Below are positions 55,402 through 64,000 of a DNA stretch of 64,000 nucleotides, one piece after another (the first letter of the stretch is position 1; each line of letters starts with the position of its first letter). Where the stretch lies: NCBI GenBank assembly GCA_025350245.1, contig JANXYG010000052.1, forward strand, positions 12,265 through 76,264. Direction: 5' to 3'. The translations under genes were made by a program, and so were the position numbers. Below the pieces are notes generated by a model. That model was not told the origin of the DNA. It was given only the letters and a program-made list of their open reading frames with translations, and ran no database searches. The DNA comes from Betaproteobacteria bacterium. GTDB lineage: Bacteria > Pseudomonadota > Gammaproteobacteria > Burkholderiales > Ga0077523.

Positions 55402-56883
55402 TCAGCCGCGGCGCATCGCGATCAGCAGCGCGGTGAGCGCCAGCACGATCACCGGCGTGTTGCCGAAGCGCACGAACGGCGTTGCGCCGCTTCGACCGGT
55501 CACCACCTGGGTCAGCACAGTCTGCTCGAATTCGGGCATGACGTTCAGCACGCGGCCGCGGTGGTCGATGGCGGCGGTGCGGCCGGTGTTGGTCGCGCGC
55601 AGCATGGTCCGGCCGGTTTCGAGCGCCCGGGTCTGCGACATCTGCAAATGCTGCTCCGATGCCCACGACTCGCCGTACCACGCGTCGTTGGTCAGGTTGA
55701 CCAGCATCGTGGCGGCCGGCAACTGGCGGATGATCTCCTCGCCGAACGCGTCTTCGTAGCAGATGTCGATGGCGACCTTCTGGCCGGCGACATCGATTGG
55801 TTGCTGGTTCTCCGTGCCCCGCGTCTGGTCCGAGAGCGGAATCCGGAGCACCTCGTTGATGAACGGCGCCAGCAGCGGCTTCAGCGGGATGAACTCGCCG
55901 AACGGCACCAGGTGGACCTTGCGGTAGTGCTGCCGGGGCGAGACGCCGAGCGAGATCGCGGCGTTGAAGTAGCGATCGCTGCCGACCGGGTCGTTCTCGA
56001 ACACCCCGGCGATGAGATCGCCGTTGCGGCGCTGCATCCGCGCGGCCAGGTTGTCGAGGTAGTCGCGCGGCATGTCATCGAGCAGCATCGGAAACGCCGT
56101 TTCCGGCAGGATCACCAGCGGACTGCGGGTCTCGCTCACCAGCCGATCGAACAGGCGCAGGGTTTCGGTGAGGCTTTCGGCACGGAACTTCGCTTCCTGC
56201 GCGATGTTTCCCTGGATCAGGCTGACCTCGATCGGCTGCCCGGTCGTCTGCGTCCACGGCACCCACCCGAGCGCACCGCCACCGCCGATCAGCGCCACGA
56301 GCGCGACCAGGCTGTTCCTGCGTGACCTTCCGGTGACCAATCCGGCCAGCGCCGCGCCGGTCGCGGCAGTGGCCAGGGTGACGCCGTAAACCCCGAGCAC
56401 CGGTGCATAGCCGGCGAGCGGGCTCCATGGGGTCTGCGAGTAGCCCATCGCGAGCCAGGGAAAGCCGGTGAACACCCAGCCGCGCAGCCATTCGGTGAGT
56501 GTCCAGGTAGCGGCGAAGGCGATGCTCCAGGAAGCCGGCGCCAGGCGCTTGGCGCTGTAGAGCGCGAGTGCCGGGTAGAGCGCCAGGAACCCCGCGAAGA
56601 TCGCGGTGGCGAGCACGGCCAGGGCCGGCGGCATGCCGCCGAACACATGCAGCGCGATGTAGATCCACGGGATGCCGAAGGTGAACAGGCCCGCGCCGAA
56701 GCCGTATCCCGCGTAGCCGGCGGCGCGTGCCGACGGCGACTCGTGCCCGAGCCACGCCAGCACCGCCAATGCGGCGAGCGTCAGCGGCGCGAAACCGAGT
56801 GGCGCGAAGCCCGCCACCGCGACGCCGCCAGCCACGAAACCGGTGCTGGCGAGCGACCACGCGCGCTGCGGCGCCGCAATCAT
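55402..56883 (-). CDS. lnt: Apolipoprotein N-acyltransferase
   Basis: 493 aa. N-terminal polytopic TM domain plus a C-terminal nitrilase-like domain (ICYEDAF with the catalytic Cys). Confidence 0.9.
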   Translation of the reverse strand: MIAAPQRAWSLASTGFVAGGVAVAGFAPLGFAPLTLAALAVLAWLGHESPSARAAGYAGYGFGAGLFTFGIPWIYIALHVFGGMPPALAVLATAIFAGFLALYPALALYSAKRLAPASWSIAFAATWTLTEWLRGWVFTGFPWLAMGYSQTPWSPLAGYAPVLGVYGVTLATAATGAALAGLVTGRSRRNSLVALVALIGGGGALGWVPWTQTTGQPIEVSLIQGNIAQEAKFRAESLTETLRLFDRLVSETRSPLVILPETAFPMLLDDMPRDYLDNLAARMQRRNGDLIAGVFENDPVGSDRYFNAAISLGVSPRQHYRKVHLVPFGEFIPLKPLLAPFINEVLRIPLSDQTRGTENQQPIDVAGQKVAIDICYEDAFGEEIIRQLPAATMLVNLTNDAWYGESWASEQHLQMSQTRALETGRTMLRATNTGRTAAIDHRGRVLNVMPEFEQTVLTQVVTGRSGATPFVRFGNTPVIVLALTALLIAMRRG

Positions 56884-56886
56884 CGA

Positions 56887-57762
56887 TTACTTGGGCACCG
56901 CGGCCTTTTCCACGAGCAGCAAGTGGACCCGGCGGCTGTCGGCGCGCAGCACCTTGAAACGCAGGTCGCCGATGGCGATCTCCTCGCCCCGCTTGGGGAC
57001 GCGGCCGACCCGGGCCATCACGATGCCGCCGATGGTGTCCTGATCCTCGTCGCTGAACAGGGTGTGGAAGGCGGCGTTGAAGTCAGCGATCTCGGTCGTG
57101 GCCTTGACGCGGAACCTGCCGCCGGGCTGCGAAACGATGTTGTCCTCGGTTTCGTCGAAGTCGAACTCGTCTTCGATGTCACCGACGATCTGTTCGAGCA
57201 CGTCCTCGATCGTCACCAGACCCGACACGCCGCCGTATTCGTCGGCGACGATCGCGATGTGATTGCGGTTGGCACGAAACTCCTTGAGCAGGACGTTCAG
57301 ACGCTTCGATTCGGGAATGAACACCGCCGGGCGCAGCATGTCGCGCATGTCGAACTCCTCGCCCGCGTAATACCGCAGCAGGTCTTTCGCGAGGAGGATC
57401 CCGATGACCTTGTCCTTGGTTTTCTCGATGACCGGAAAGCGCGAATGCGCGGTCTCGATGACCGTGGGGATGAATTTCTCGGGCGGATCGCCGATCTCGA
57501 TCACGTCCATCTGCGCCCGCGGCACCATGATGTCGCGCGCCTGCATCTCGGACACCTGGAGCACGCCTTCTATCATCGCCAGGGCGTCGGCATCCATCAG
57601 TTGCCGCTCGTATGACGAGTGCAACAATTCGAGCAATTGCTCGCGGTCTTCGGGCTCGCGCATGAGGATGGCGCCGAGCCGTTCCAGCAGAGTGGGTTTG
57701 GCGGAGTGCGAACTGTCCATGTAAACCAGTGTCGGCGGCCGGTAGCCCGCCGACGCGACCAT
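56887..57762 (-). CDS. corC: CorC/TlyC-family CBS-domain Mg/Co efflux-associated protein
   Basis: 291 aa with a CBS pair plus a CorC_HlyC C-domain. The start at 57762 gives an ATGA overlap with the ybeY stop; an alternative ATG lies at 57720. Confidence 0.85.
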   Translation of the reverse strand: MVASAGYRPPTLVYMDSSHSAKPTLLERLGAILMREPEDREQLLELLHSSYERQLMDADALAMIEGVLQVSEMQARDIMVPRAQMDVIEIGDPPEKFIPTVIETAHSRFPVIEKTKDKVIGILLAKDLLRYYAGEEFDMRDMLRPAVFIPESKRLNVLLKEFRANRNHIAIVADEYGGVSGLVTIEDVLEQIVGDIEDEFDFDETEDNIVSQPGGRFRVKATTEIADFNAAFHTLFSDEDQDTIGGIVMARVGRVPKRGEEIAIGDLRFKVLRADSRRVHLLLVEKAAVPK

Positions 57763-58211
57763 CAGGCCGCCATACGATACGGGTCAGGATACCCGAGTTC
57801 GGTCACGATCTGTGTTTCACGCGCCTCCATGCGCGCGGCGTCGGCGTCGTTGTCGTGGTCGTAGCCCTGCAAGTGCAGTACGCCGTGCACCACCAGATGC
57901 GCCCAGTGCGCCCCGACCGCCTTGCGCTGCTGCCGCGCCTCTTCGGCCACGACCGGTGCGCACAGGGCGATGTCGCCTTCGAGCACCGGATCGCCGCCAT
58001 AGTCGAAGGTGAGCACGTTGGTGGCGTAGTCGCGGCCCCGGTATTCGCGGTTCAAGGTTCGCGCTTCGTCGGTGCCGATGATGCGAATGGTCATCCGCGC
58101 GTCACGCTCCAGCGCCCTGCGCACCCAGCGGCGCAGGGTGGCGCGGTCAGGCGGTTCGGCGGACTCGTCGGCGTACTGGACGCTCAGCGACAGCCGCGGC
58201 GCCACGCTCAC
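57762..58211 (-). CDS. ybeY: rRNA maturation endoribonuclease YbeY
   Basis: 149 aa. Zinc motif HGVLHLQGYDH. GTG start overlapping the phoH stop. Confidence 0.9.
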   Translation of the reverse strand: MSVAPRLSLSVQYADESAEPPDRATLRRWVRRALERDARMTIRIIGTDEARTLNREYRGRDYATNVLTFDYGGDPVLEGDIALCAPVVAEEARQQRKAVGAHWAHLVVHGVLHLQGYDHDNDADAARMEARETQIVTELGYPDPYRMAA

Positions 58212-59173
58212 GACCCGGCGTCTTCGCGCGCCGTGCGCGCCTCGTAGGCGCTGACGATGCGCTGGACCAGCGGGTGGCGTACCACGTCCTCCACGGTGAA
58301 GTGGACGAAGGCGATGCCGCGCACGTCGACGAGCACTTCGCGTGCATCCACCAGACCGCTGCGCTGCCCTCGGGCAAGGTCGACCTGGGTCACGTCGCCG
58401 GTGAGCACGGCCTTGGAGCCGAAGCCGATGCGGGTGAGGAACATCTTCATCTGTTCCGGCGTGGTGTTCTGCGCCTCGTCGAGAATCACGAACGAATGGT
58501 TGAGCGTGCGGCCACGCATGAAAGCGAGGGGCGCGATCTCGATGGTGGCGCGTTCGAACAGCTTGCCCACCTTTTCGTATCCCATCAGGTCGTAGAGCGC
58601 GTCGTACAGCGGCCGCAGATACGGGTCGACCTTCTGGGTCAGGTCACCGGGCAGGAACCCGAGGCGTTCGCCCGCCTCCACCGCCGGGCGCACCAGCACC
58701 AGGCGTTTGACGGCGTCTCGCTCCAGCGCATCGACCGCGCAAGCCACGGCCAAGTAGGTCTTGCCGGTGCCGGCCGGGCCGATACCGAAGGTGATGTCGT
58801 GTTCCGCGATCGCCCGCAGATAGTCGCTCTGGTTGCGGGTGCGGCCGCGCAGGTCGCGCCGTTTCGTCTGCAGCACCGGTTCGTCGCCCGCGCCGTCGCT
58901 ATCGGCGTCGTCGCCGCGTCGCATCTCGATCAGGGCAAGCTGGATGTCCTCGATCCCCAGATCGGCGGTGGCGCGGCGGTAGAACATCTGCAACGCGTCG
59001 ACCGCGATCTTCTGTTGTCGCGGTTCGCCATCGACGCGGAAACGTTCGCCGCGCCGGGCGATGGTCACGTCGAGGGCATTCTCGATCTGTCGCAGGTTGC
59101 GGTCGAGCGCCCCGCAGAGCTTGGCCAGCCGCTGGTTGTCGACCGGATCGAGCGTGAATTCGGTGGTGCTCAA
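58208..59173 (-). CDS. ybeZ: PhoH-like ATPase (YbeZ)
   Basis: 321 aa. Walker [12 protein letters not shown], and ILDEAQNTT. Confidence 0.9.
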   Translation of the reverse strand: MSTTEFTLDPVDNQRLAKLCGALDRNLRQIENALDVTIARRGERFRVDGEPRQQKIAVDALQMFYRRATADLGIEDIQLALIEMRRGDDADSDGAGDEPVLQTKRRDLRGRTRNQSDYLRAIAEHDITFGIGPAGTGKTYLAVACAVDALERDAVKRLVLVRPAVEAGERLGFLPGDLTQKVDPYLRPLYDALYDLMGYEKVGKLFERATIEIAPLAFMRGRTLNHSFVILDEAQNTTPEQMKMFLTRIGFGSKAVLTGDVTQVDLARGQRSGLVDAREVLVDVRGIAFVHFTVEDVVRHPLVQRIVSAYEARTAREDAGS

Positions 59174-59177
59174 GCGT

Positions 59178-60518
59178 TCAGGTTACCGTATCGGCCTGCT
59201 GGACCTCGCCACGCAAGGTATGCGGGCTGGCTGCCGTGATCGTCACGTCGGTGAAGTGGCCGATCAGGCGCGGGGGGGCGGCAAAATTGACCACCCGGTT
59301 GTTGTCGGTGCGCCCGGCGAGTTCGTGCACGTCGCGCCGCGAAACGCCCTCGACCATGACGCGCTGAACGGTGCCGATCATGCCGGCGCTGACGGCGTCG
59401 GCAAGCGCATCGATGCGGATCTGCAACCGCTTCAGGCGCTCCAGCTTCACGGTCTGCGGTGTCGGGTCGTCCAGGTTGGCGGCGGGCGTGCCGGGTCGCG
59501 GGCTGTAGACGAAGCTGAAGCTGGCGTCGAAACCGACGGCGTCGATCAGGCTCATGGTGGCCTCGAAGTCCGAGTCGGTTTCGCCGGGGAACCCGACGAT
59601 GAAATCGGACGAGATCGAGATGCCTGGGCGGGTGCCGCGCAGCCGGCGCACGATCGACTTGTATTCGAGCGCGGTATAACCGCGCTTCATGGCCGTCAGG
59701 ATGCGGTCGGACCCGGACTGCACCGGCAGGTGCACATGCGAAACCAGCTTCGGCAGACGCGCGTAGCAGTCGATCAGGCGCTGGGTGAATTCGCGCGGAT
59801 GGGACGTGGTGTAGCGCAGGCGTTCCACACCGGGAACCTCGGCCGCGTATTCGAGCAGGAGCGCGAGGTCGGCGACCGCGCCATCGCCGGACGCATCGCG
59901 GTAGGCATTGACGTTCTGGCCGAGCAGCGTGATCTCGCGCACGCCCTGGTCGGCGAGGTCGGCGATCTCGGTGAGCACGTCGTCGAACGGCCGCGAGACC
60001 TCCTCGCCACGGGTGTAAGGGACGACGCAGAAGCTGCAATACTTGGAGCAGCCTTCCATGATCGACACCAACGCCTGTGCGCCCTTGACGCTCGGTGGCG
60101 GCAGGTGATCGAACTTCTCGATCTCCGGAAAGGCGATGTCGACCTGCGGGCGTCCCGATGCGCGCCGGGCGCGGATGAGCTGCGGCAACCGATGCAGGGT
60201 TTGCGGCCCGAACACCACGTCGACGTACGGCGCACGCGCCACGATGTTTGCGCCTTCCTGACTGGCGACACAACCGCCGACGCCGATCACGAGCTCGGGT
60301 TTGGCCTGCTTGAGCCGGCGCAGGCGGCCGAGATCGTGGAACACGCGCTCCTGCGCGTTCTCGCGCACCGAACAGGTGTTGAACAGGATCACATCGGCGG
60401 CCTCGACGTCGTCGGTAGGCTCCAGGCCCTCGGTGGCGCGCAGTACGTCGGCGATGCGCGCCGAGTCGTAGACGTTCATCTGGCAGCCGAAGGTGCGGAT
60501 GTAGACCTTGCCCGCCAT
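59178..60518 (-). CDS. miaB: tRNA-2-methylthio-N6-dimethylallyladenosine synthase
   Basis: 446 aa from the internal Met ([19 protein letters not shown]) of ORF 59178..60797. Radical-SAM CSKYCSFC and a TRAM domain. Confidence 0.95.
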   Translation of the reverse strand: MAGKVYIRTFGCQMNVYDSARIADVLRATEGLEPTDDVEAADVILFNTCSVRENAQERVFHDLGRLRRLKQAKPELVIGVGGCVASQEGANIVARAPYVDVVFGPQTLHRLPQLIRARRASGRPQVDIAFPEIEKFDHLPPPSVKGAQALVSIMEGCSKYCSFCVVPYTRGEEVSRPFDDVLTEIADLADQGVREITLLGQNVNAYRDASGDGAVADLALLLEYAAEVPGVERLRYTTSHPREFTQRLIDCYARLPKLVSHVHLPVQSGSDRILTAMKRGYTALEYKSIVRRLRGTRPGISISSDFIVGFPGETDSDFEATMSLIDAVGFDASFSFVYSPRPGTPAANLDDPTPQTVKLERLKRLQIRIDALADAVSAGMIGTVQRVMVEGVSRRDVHELAGRTDNNRVVNFAAPPRLIGHFTDVTITAASPHTLRGEVQQADTVT

Positions 60519-60523
60519 GGCGC

Positions 60524-60859
60524 CTACTTGAAGCTGTAGCCGCGCGCGTAGAGCGCGTCGATTTCTTCGTTGCTGAGGATCCACAGGCTCCAGACCTGTC
60601 CGCGTGGATCGAGGGTGTAGGCGACCCACCCCGACCCCTGCACCGACCCCGGCATCACGATGCGGTTGCTCTGGTCGCGAATCTTGGCCGCCGGCGACAG
60701 CTGCAGGAGGCGTTTGCCGATGATGACCTCGCCCTGGTCGACACCCTTGAACTCGCCCACCAGGATGTCCTGCGGGAAGTTGCGCACGAAACCCCACGCG
60801 TATCCGGCCGACAGCGTCAGCGCCAGAACGACCAAAAACACCCTTGCGATACCGCGCAC
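60524..60859 (-). CDS. Hypothetical membrane-anchored or exported small protein
   Basis: 111 aa with an N-terminal hydrophobic segment ([18 protein letters not shown]). No recognisable domain. Confidence 0.4.
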   Translation of the reverse strand: MRGIARVFLVVLALTLSAGYAWGFVRNFPQDILVGEFKGVDQGEVIIGKRLLQLSPAAKIRDQSNRIVMPGSVQGSGWVAYTLDPRGQVWSLWILSNEEIDALYARGYSFK

Positions 60860-60928
60860 GTGATTCGGTGGACTTTCGTGAGATCTGCTCGCTGCGACCC
60901 TCGCAGCAGGGCAGGCCGATCGTTGAAC

Positions 60929-61004
60929 TGGTGGCGAATCAGGGATTTGAACCCCGGACCAACGGATTATGATTCCGCTGCTCTAACCGCTGAGCTAATT
61001 CGCC
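60929..61004 (-). tRNA. tRNA with anticodon CAU; body resembles the lysidine-modified tRNA-Ile2 type rather than initiator or elongator Met
   Basis: Sense read: GGCGAATTAGCTCAGCGGTTAGAGCAGCGGAATCATAATCCGTTGGTCCGGGGTTCAAATCCCTGATTCGCCACCA (76 nt, encoded CCA). A cloverleaf can be drawn by hand. It lacks the 3 G-C pairs of an initiator anticodon stem and is similar to my recollection of E. coli ileX. Confidence 0.85.
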
Positions 61005-61027
61005 ATGACCCCTTCGCAGGGCCGCAG

Positions 61028-61056
61028 AATGTACTTTTCCGACCCCCCCTTGTCAA
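61028..61056 (-). promoter_or_regulatory. Sigma70-type promoter for the tRNA
   Basis: Sense read: TTGACA-17 nt-TACATT followed by a GC-rich discriminator CTGCGGCC. The -10 element ends 23 nt before the mature tRNA 5' end. Confidence 0.7.
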
Positions 61057-61060
61057 CCAA

Positions 61061-61130
61061 GTGAGACCCACCCCAGGTTGCGCTGCGCTGCGCCTTCTCC
61101 CAATGGGGCGCCGCGAGCTTGGGAGCGGCC
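61061..61130 (+). repeat. Structured intergenic repeat, short A/B-intermediate copy; the only one not behind a co-oriented stop codon
   Basis: GTGAGACCCACCCCAGGTTGCGCTGCGCTGCGCCTTCTCCCAATGGGGCGCCGCGAGCTTGGGAGCGGCC. Ends 3 nt before the ubiH-family ATG. Confidence 0.8.
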
Positions 61131-61133
61131 ACC

Positions 61134-62294
61134 ATGACTGATACCGATGTGGTGGTCATCGGTGCCGGATTGGTCGGCGCCGCCTTCGCGCTGGCGGCAA
61201 GCCGCATCGGGTTTCGGGTCGACCTGCTCTCCAACGCGGGGCCGCCGATGCCGCCGGGTCCCAACCCCGGCAGGGTTTACGCCCTGAGCCAGGGCAGCCG
61301 GGCGCTGTTGCAATCGATCGGCGTCTGGCAGCGGCTCGATCCGGCTCGCATCCAGGCCGTGGTCGGCATGCGGGTGTCAGGCGACCGCCCCGGCGCCGGG
61401 ATCGACCTCGATGCCCTCGACGGTGGCGTCGAGGCCCTCGCCTGGATCGTCGAGAGCGATGCCGTCGCCTGGGCTTTGGCGGAGCAGGTTGCCACCGATG
61501 ACGGGATCACGTGTCGGTGCCGGGCGCACCCGGTGTCGCTGCGTATCGATGCCGGCGCGGCGCATGTGGCGCTCGCGGATGGCAGTTCGTATCGGGCCGC
61601 CTTGCTGGTGGGTGCCGACGGGCGGGATTCGTGGGTACGCACCGAAGTCGGTATCCGGGTGCGGGGTCGCAACTATGCCCACCAGGGCGTGGTGGCGAAC
61701 TTCACCGCCGAGAGGGCGCACGGCGGGATCGCACGCCAATGGTTTCGCACCGATGGCGTGCTCGCGTTGCTTCCCATGCCATCGAAACAGGTGTCCATGG
61801 TGTGGTCTGCGCCCGATGCGGTGGCTGCGGACCTGATGGCGCTGGACGACGGCGCCTTGTGCGAACGGGTCATGGGCGCCACCGGCGATTGCCTCGGCAC
61901 TCTGCGGCTGGTCACACCGCCGTCATGTCTGCCGATCACACTGGGTCATGCCCGGCAGTTGGTCGGTCCGCGCCTTGCCTTGGTCGGAGACGCCGCCCAT
62001 AATCTTCATCCGCTTGCCGGACAGGGCGTCAATCTGGGTCTGCGCGATGTCGGCGCCTTGTGCCGGATTCTCGGCGCCGACGTACGCAGGGAACCCGGCG
62101 CTGTTTCGGTACTCCGACGTTACCAGCGGTCGCGCCGTGAAGACGTAGCGACCATGATCGCCCTCACCGACGGGTTGCAGCGGCTGTTTTCCAGCCGCCT
62201 TCCCGGTATCGCGTGGGCACGCAACCGCGGGCTTGATCTGGTATCCCGCCTGCCCCATCTCAAGGGACTGCTGCTGCAACACGCGTTGCGCTGA
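61134..62294 (+). CDS. UbiH/UbiF/VisC/COQ6-family FAD-dependent ubiquinone-biosynthesis hydroxylase
   Basis: 386 aa from the internal Met (MTDTDVVVIGAGLVGAAFA) of ORF 61119..62294. Signature GDAAHNLHPLAGQGVNLG. Confidence 0.85.
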   Translation: MTDTDVVVIGAGLVGAAFALAASRIGFRVDLLSNAGPPMPPGPNPGRVYALSQGSRALLQSIGVWQRLDPARIQAVVGMRVSGDRPGAGIDLDALDGGVEALAWIVESDAVAWALAEQVATDDGITCRCRAHPVSLRIDAGAAHVALADGSSYRAALLVGADGRDSWVRTEVGIRVRGRNYAHQGVVANFTAERAHGGIARQWFRTDGVLALLPMPSKQVSMVWSAPDAVAADLMALDDGALCERVMGATGDCLGTLRLVTPPSCLPITLGHARQLVGPRLALVGDAAHNLHPLAGQGVNLGLRDVGALCRILGADVRREPGAVSVLRRYQRSRREDVATMIALTDGLQRLFSSRLPGIAWARNRGLDLVSRLPHLKGLLLQHALR

Positions 62295-62332
62295 GCAGTT
62301 TCAGCTCTCCAATCCACCCTCAGGAGCCGTTC

Positions 62333-63064
62333 ATGTTGCAGCGAATCCTCGCGCGCGCCCTTTCCGCTTCCCTTTTCGTGGCCGTCGCCGCCCATGCCGA
62401 TGAAGCCTCGGTGAAGAAGGCATTTCTCGCCAAGTTCCCGAAGGCGACCGTCGATACGGTCACCAAGCTCAAGGATCTGCCCCTGTACGAGATCGTCATT
62501 CCGCGCAGCGGCGAGCCGGTGATCATCTACACCGACGAAGCCTTCAGTTTCATCATGCAAGGCAACGTGGTCGACAACAAGACCGGCGTCGATCTCACCG
62601 AGCAAAAGAAGAACAAGCTCACCGCGATCGATTTCGATTCCCTGCCTCTCGACAAGGCAATCAAGAAGGTGAAAGGCACCGGAGCGCGCAAGGTCGCGGT
62701 GTTCACCGACCCCGACTGCCCGTTCTGCAAGCGCATCGAGCAGGAATTCGAGAAGATGACCGATGTCACCATCTACCTGTTCCTGTTTCCCATCGAGCAG
62801 TTGCACCCCAAGGCGCCGCAGCGGGCAAAGGCCATCTGGTGCTCGCCGAACCGGCTCAAGGCCTGGGACGACTACGTGTTGCGGGGCGTCCTGCCCACGG
62901 CTGCGGGAGATTGCGACAACCCGATCGATGCGCTGATCGAGCTCGGACAATCCAAGGGCATCAATGCCACGCCGACACTGGTGTTTGCGGATGGCAGCAA
63001 GGTGCCAGGCGCGCTCAACTCAAGCCAGCTCGAACAGCAGCTCACGGCGGCCGGCAGAAAGTAG
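62333..63064 (+). CDS. dsbC: Thiol:disulfide interchange protein DsbC
   Basis: 243 aa. Signal peptide, dimerisation N-domain and a thioredoxin fold with CPFC. Confidence 0.85.
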   Translation: MLQRILARALSASLFVAVAAHADEASVKKAFLAKFPKATVDTVTKLKDLPLYEIVIPRSGEPVIIYTDEAFSFIMQGNVVDNKTGVDLTEQKKNKLTAIDFDSLPLDKAIKKVKGTGARKVAVFTDPDCPFCKRIEQEFEKMTDVTIYLFLFPIEQLHPKAPQRAKAIWCSPNRLKAWDDYVLRGVLPTAAGDCDNPIDALIELGQSKGINATPTLVFADGSKVPGALNSSQLEQQLTAAGRK

Positions 63065-63102
63065 ACGCAGACAGCACGCGAGGCGGGCCGGGCCCCGCGG
63101 CG

Positions 63103-63813
63103 ATGGTTGCCGGTCCCGTGATCCCGGTGAGGAGGCTCGCCTTGTTTGTCGCTGCGTCGGCGTGCATCCATGGGCTGATTCTCGCAGTGCCGGTGACCGC
63201 GATGCGATCGCCGGGTGTTCCGGGGTCTGGTTCGGCGGTGGCGACGCTGCAGTTGCGCCTGGCAACCGCGCCGGCAAAGGCGGTCCCGAAAGCCGGGACG
63301 ACGCCGAGTCCGGAGCACAAGGCCGTGATGTCGGCCGCAGTGCCGGATGCCGCACCCGTCCGGACCGAGGCAGACCGGCGCCCCGAACCGGCGCCGGTTC
63401 CTGAATCCCCGCCCGATTCCGCCGCTGCGCCGGCCGGCGACGCACCATCGGCCGAACCGGCCGCCGCGATCCCGATCCCGCAGATCGCCGATCCCGAATA
63501 CCTGCCGTCACGTCTGCTCGATGTCTATCCGAAGCCCATGGCCGAGGTGCCCATGGTCTATCCGGATGCCGCGGCATCGATCGACATGAGCGGCCGGGTC
63601 ACCCTGCTGCTGCTGATCGACGAACTCGGATCGGTGGTCGAGGCGAGCGTGGTCGAGGCGGTTCCACCCGGCTACTTCGAGCAGGCGGCCGTGGATACCT
63701 TCCGCGGCGTGCTGTTCGCGCCCGGGATGCGCGATGGCCGTCCGGTCAAGAGCCGGCTCGTGGTCGAGGTGTCGTTCGAAGCCCGAGCCGAGTCGGCCCG
63801 CGGGGCTCGCTGA
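63103..63813 (+). CDS. TonB-family protein (energy-transducer C-terminal domain)
   Basis: 236 aa from the internal Met of ORF 62839..63813. N-terminal TM anchor, a Pro/Ala-rich spacer and a C-terminal YP..A...GRVTLLLLIDELGSV..EASVVEA domain. Confidence 0.65.
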   Translation: MVAGPVIPVRRLALFVAASACIHGLILAVPVTAMRSPGVPGSGSAVATLQLRLATAPAKAVPKAGTTPSPEHKAVMSAAVPDAAPVRTEADRRPEPAPVPESPPDSAAAPAGDAPSAEPAAAIPIPQIADPEYLPSRLLDVYPKPMAEVPMVYPDAAASIDMSGRVTLLLLIDELGSVVEASVVEAVPPGYFEQAAVDTFRGVLFAPGMRDGRPVKSRLVVEVSFEARAESARGAR

Positions 63814-63885
63814 GAGTTGCCCCCCCCAAGCGTCCTTCGGTCGCTACTCCCAATGCGGGGCCAGTTCCCTTGTGGAGTGAGGCCA
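63811..63885 (+). repeat. Structured intergenic repeat, subfamily B
   Basis: TGAGAGTTG (includes the stop) is followed by CCCCCCCCAAGCGTCCTTCGGTCGCTACTCCCAATGCGGGGCCAGTTCCCTTGTGGAGTGAGGCC. Collinear with 47551-47636. Confidence 0.8.
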
Positions 63886-64000
63886 GACCCTCACGGCTTC
63901 GGCGACATGCCTCGCGGCAGGAGGACCCACATCCGCAACGGCTGCCGCATCCGGCCTGCCAGCTCGCCGGCCTCGTCGCCGAACCCGAAGAAGAAGTCGG

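Noticed and set aside
63891-64000. Open minus-strand frame ending at TGA 63891-63893 (..DFFFGFGDEAGELAGRMRQPLRMWVLLPRGMSPKP*), probably the 3' end of a gene that starts beyond the window
   Set aside because: Only 35 codons are visible and I cannot identify the family, so it is not reported as a feature.

Overview
High-GC (about 65-70% by eye) chromosomal segment, probably from a methylotrophic betaproteobacterium; the Rhodocyclales-like gene order is an inference. Nearly all of it is coding. In order it contains: holA (partial, found by hand at the window edge); a ptsI-HPr-EIIA(Man) module; gshB and gshA; a complete eight-gene N-methylglutamate (NMG) methylamine-oxidation cluster (mgdABCD-gmaS-mgsABC); a nine-gene minus-strand operon; a sigma54-driven porin-glnK-amtB operon; and then housekeeping genes. 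The nine-gene operon fuses a Urt/Fmd-type amide ABC importer to an N,N-dimethylformamidase small and large subunit pair, a degenerate Rieske-oxygenase-like protein and a Sel1-repeat protein, and it is bracketed by two paralogous XRE-cupin regulators. The housekeeping genes are ubiK, yifB, metH, an amidase, mgtE, msrPQ, lysA, plsC, gmhB, glyQS, lnt, corC, ybeY, phoH, miaB, a tRNA(CAU), a ubiH-family gene, dsbC and a tonB-like gene. Two things deserve a second look. (1) A dense family of 70-120 bp two-hairpin repeats, with 13 copies plus a remnant. Copies almost always start at or within about 15 nt of a stop codon and lie in the sense orientation of the upstream gene. The second stem shows compensatory base changes between copies, which points to a selected, transcribed structure. 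(2) The DMF/amide utilisation operon, whose accessory genes have no known role and which lacks a recognisable dimethylamine-to-methylamine step. I saw no CRISPR array, rRNA, transposase, integrase or phage genes. All calls come from reading the translations and sequence by eye; no database search was run.
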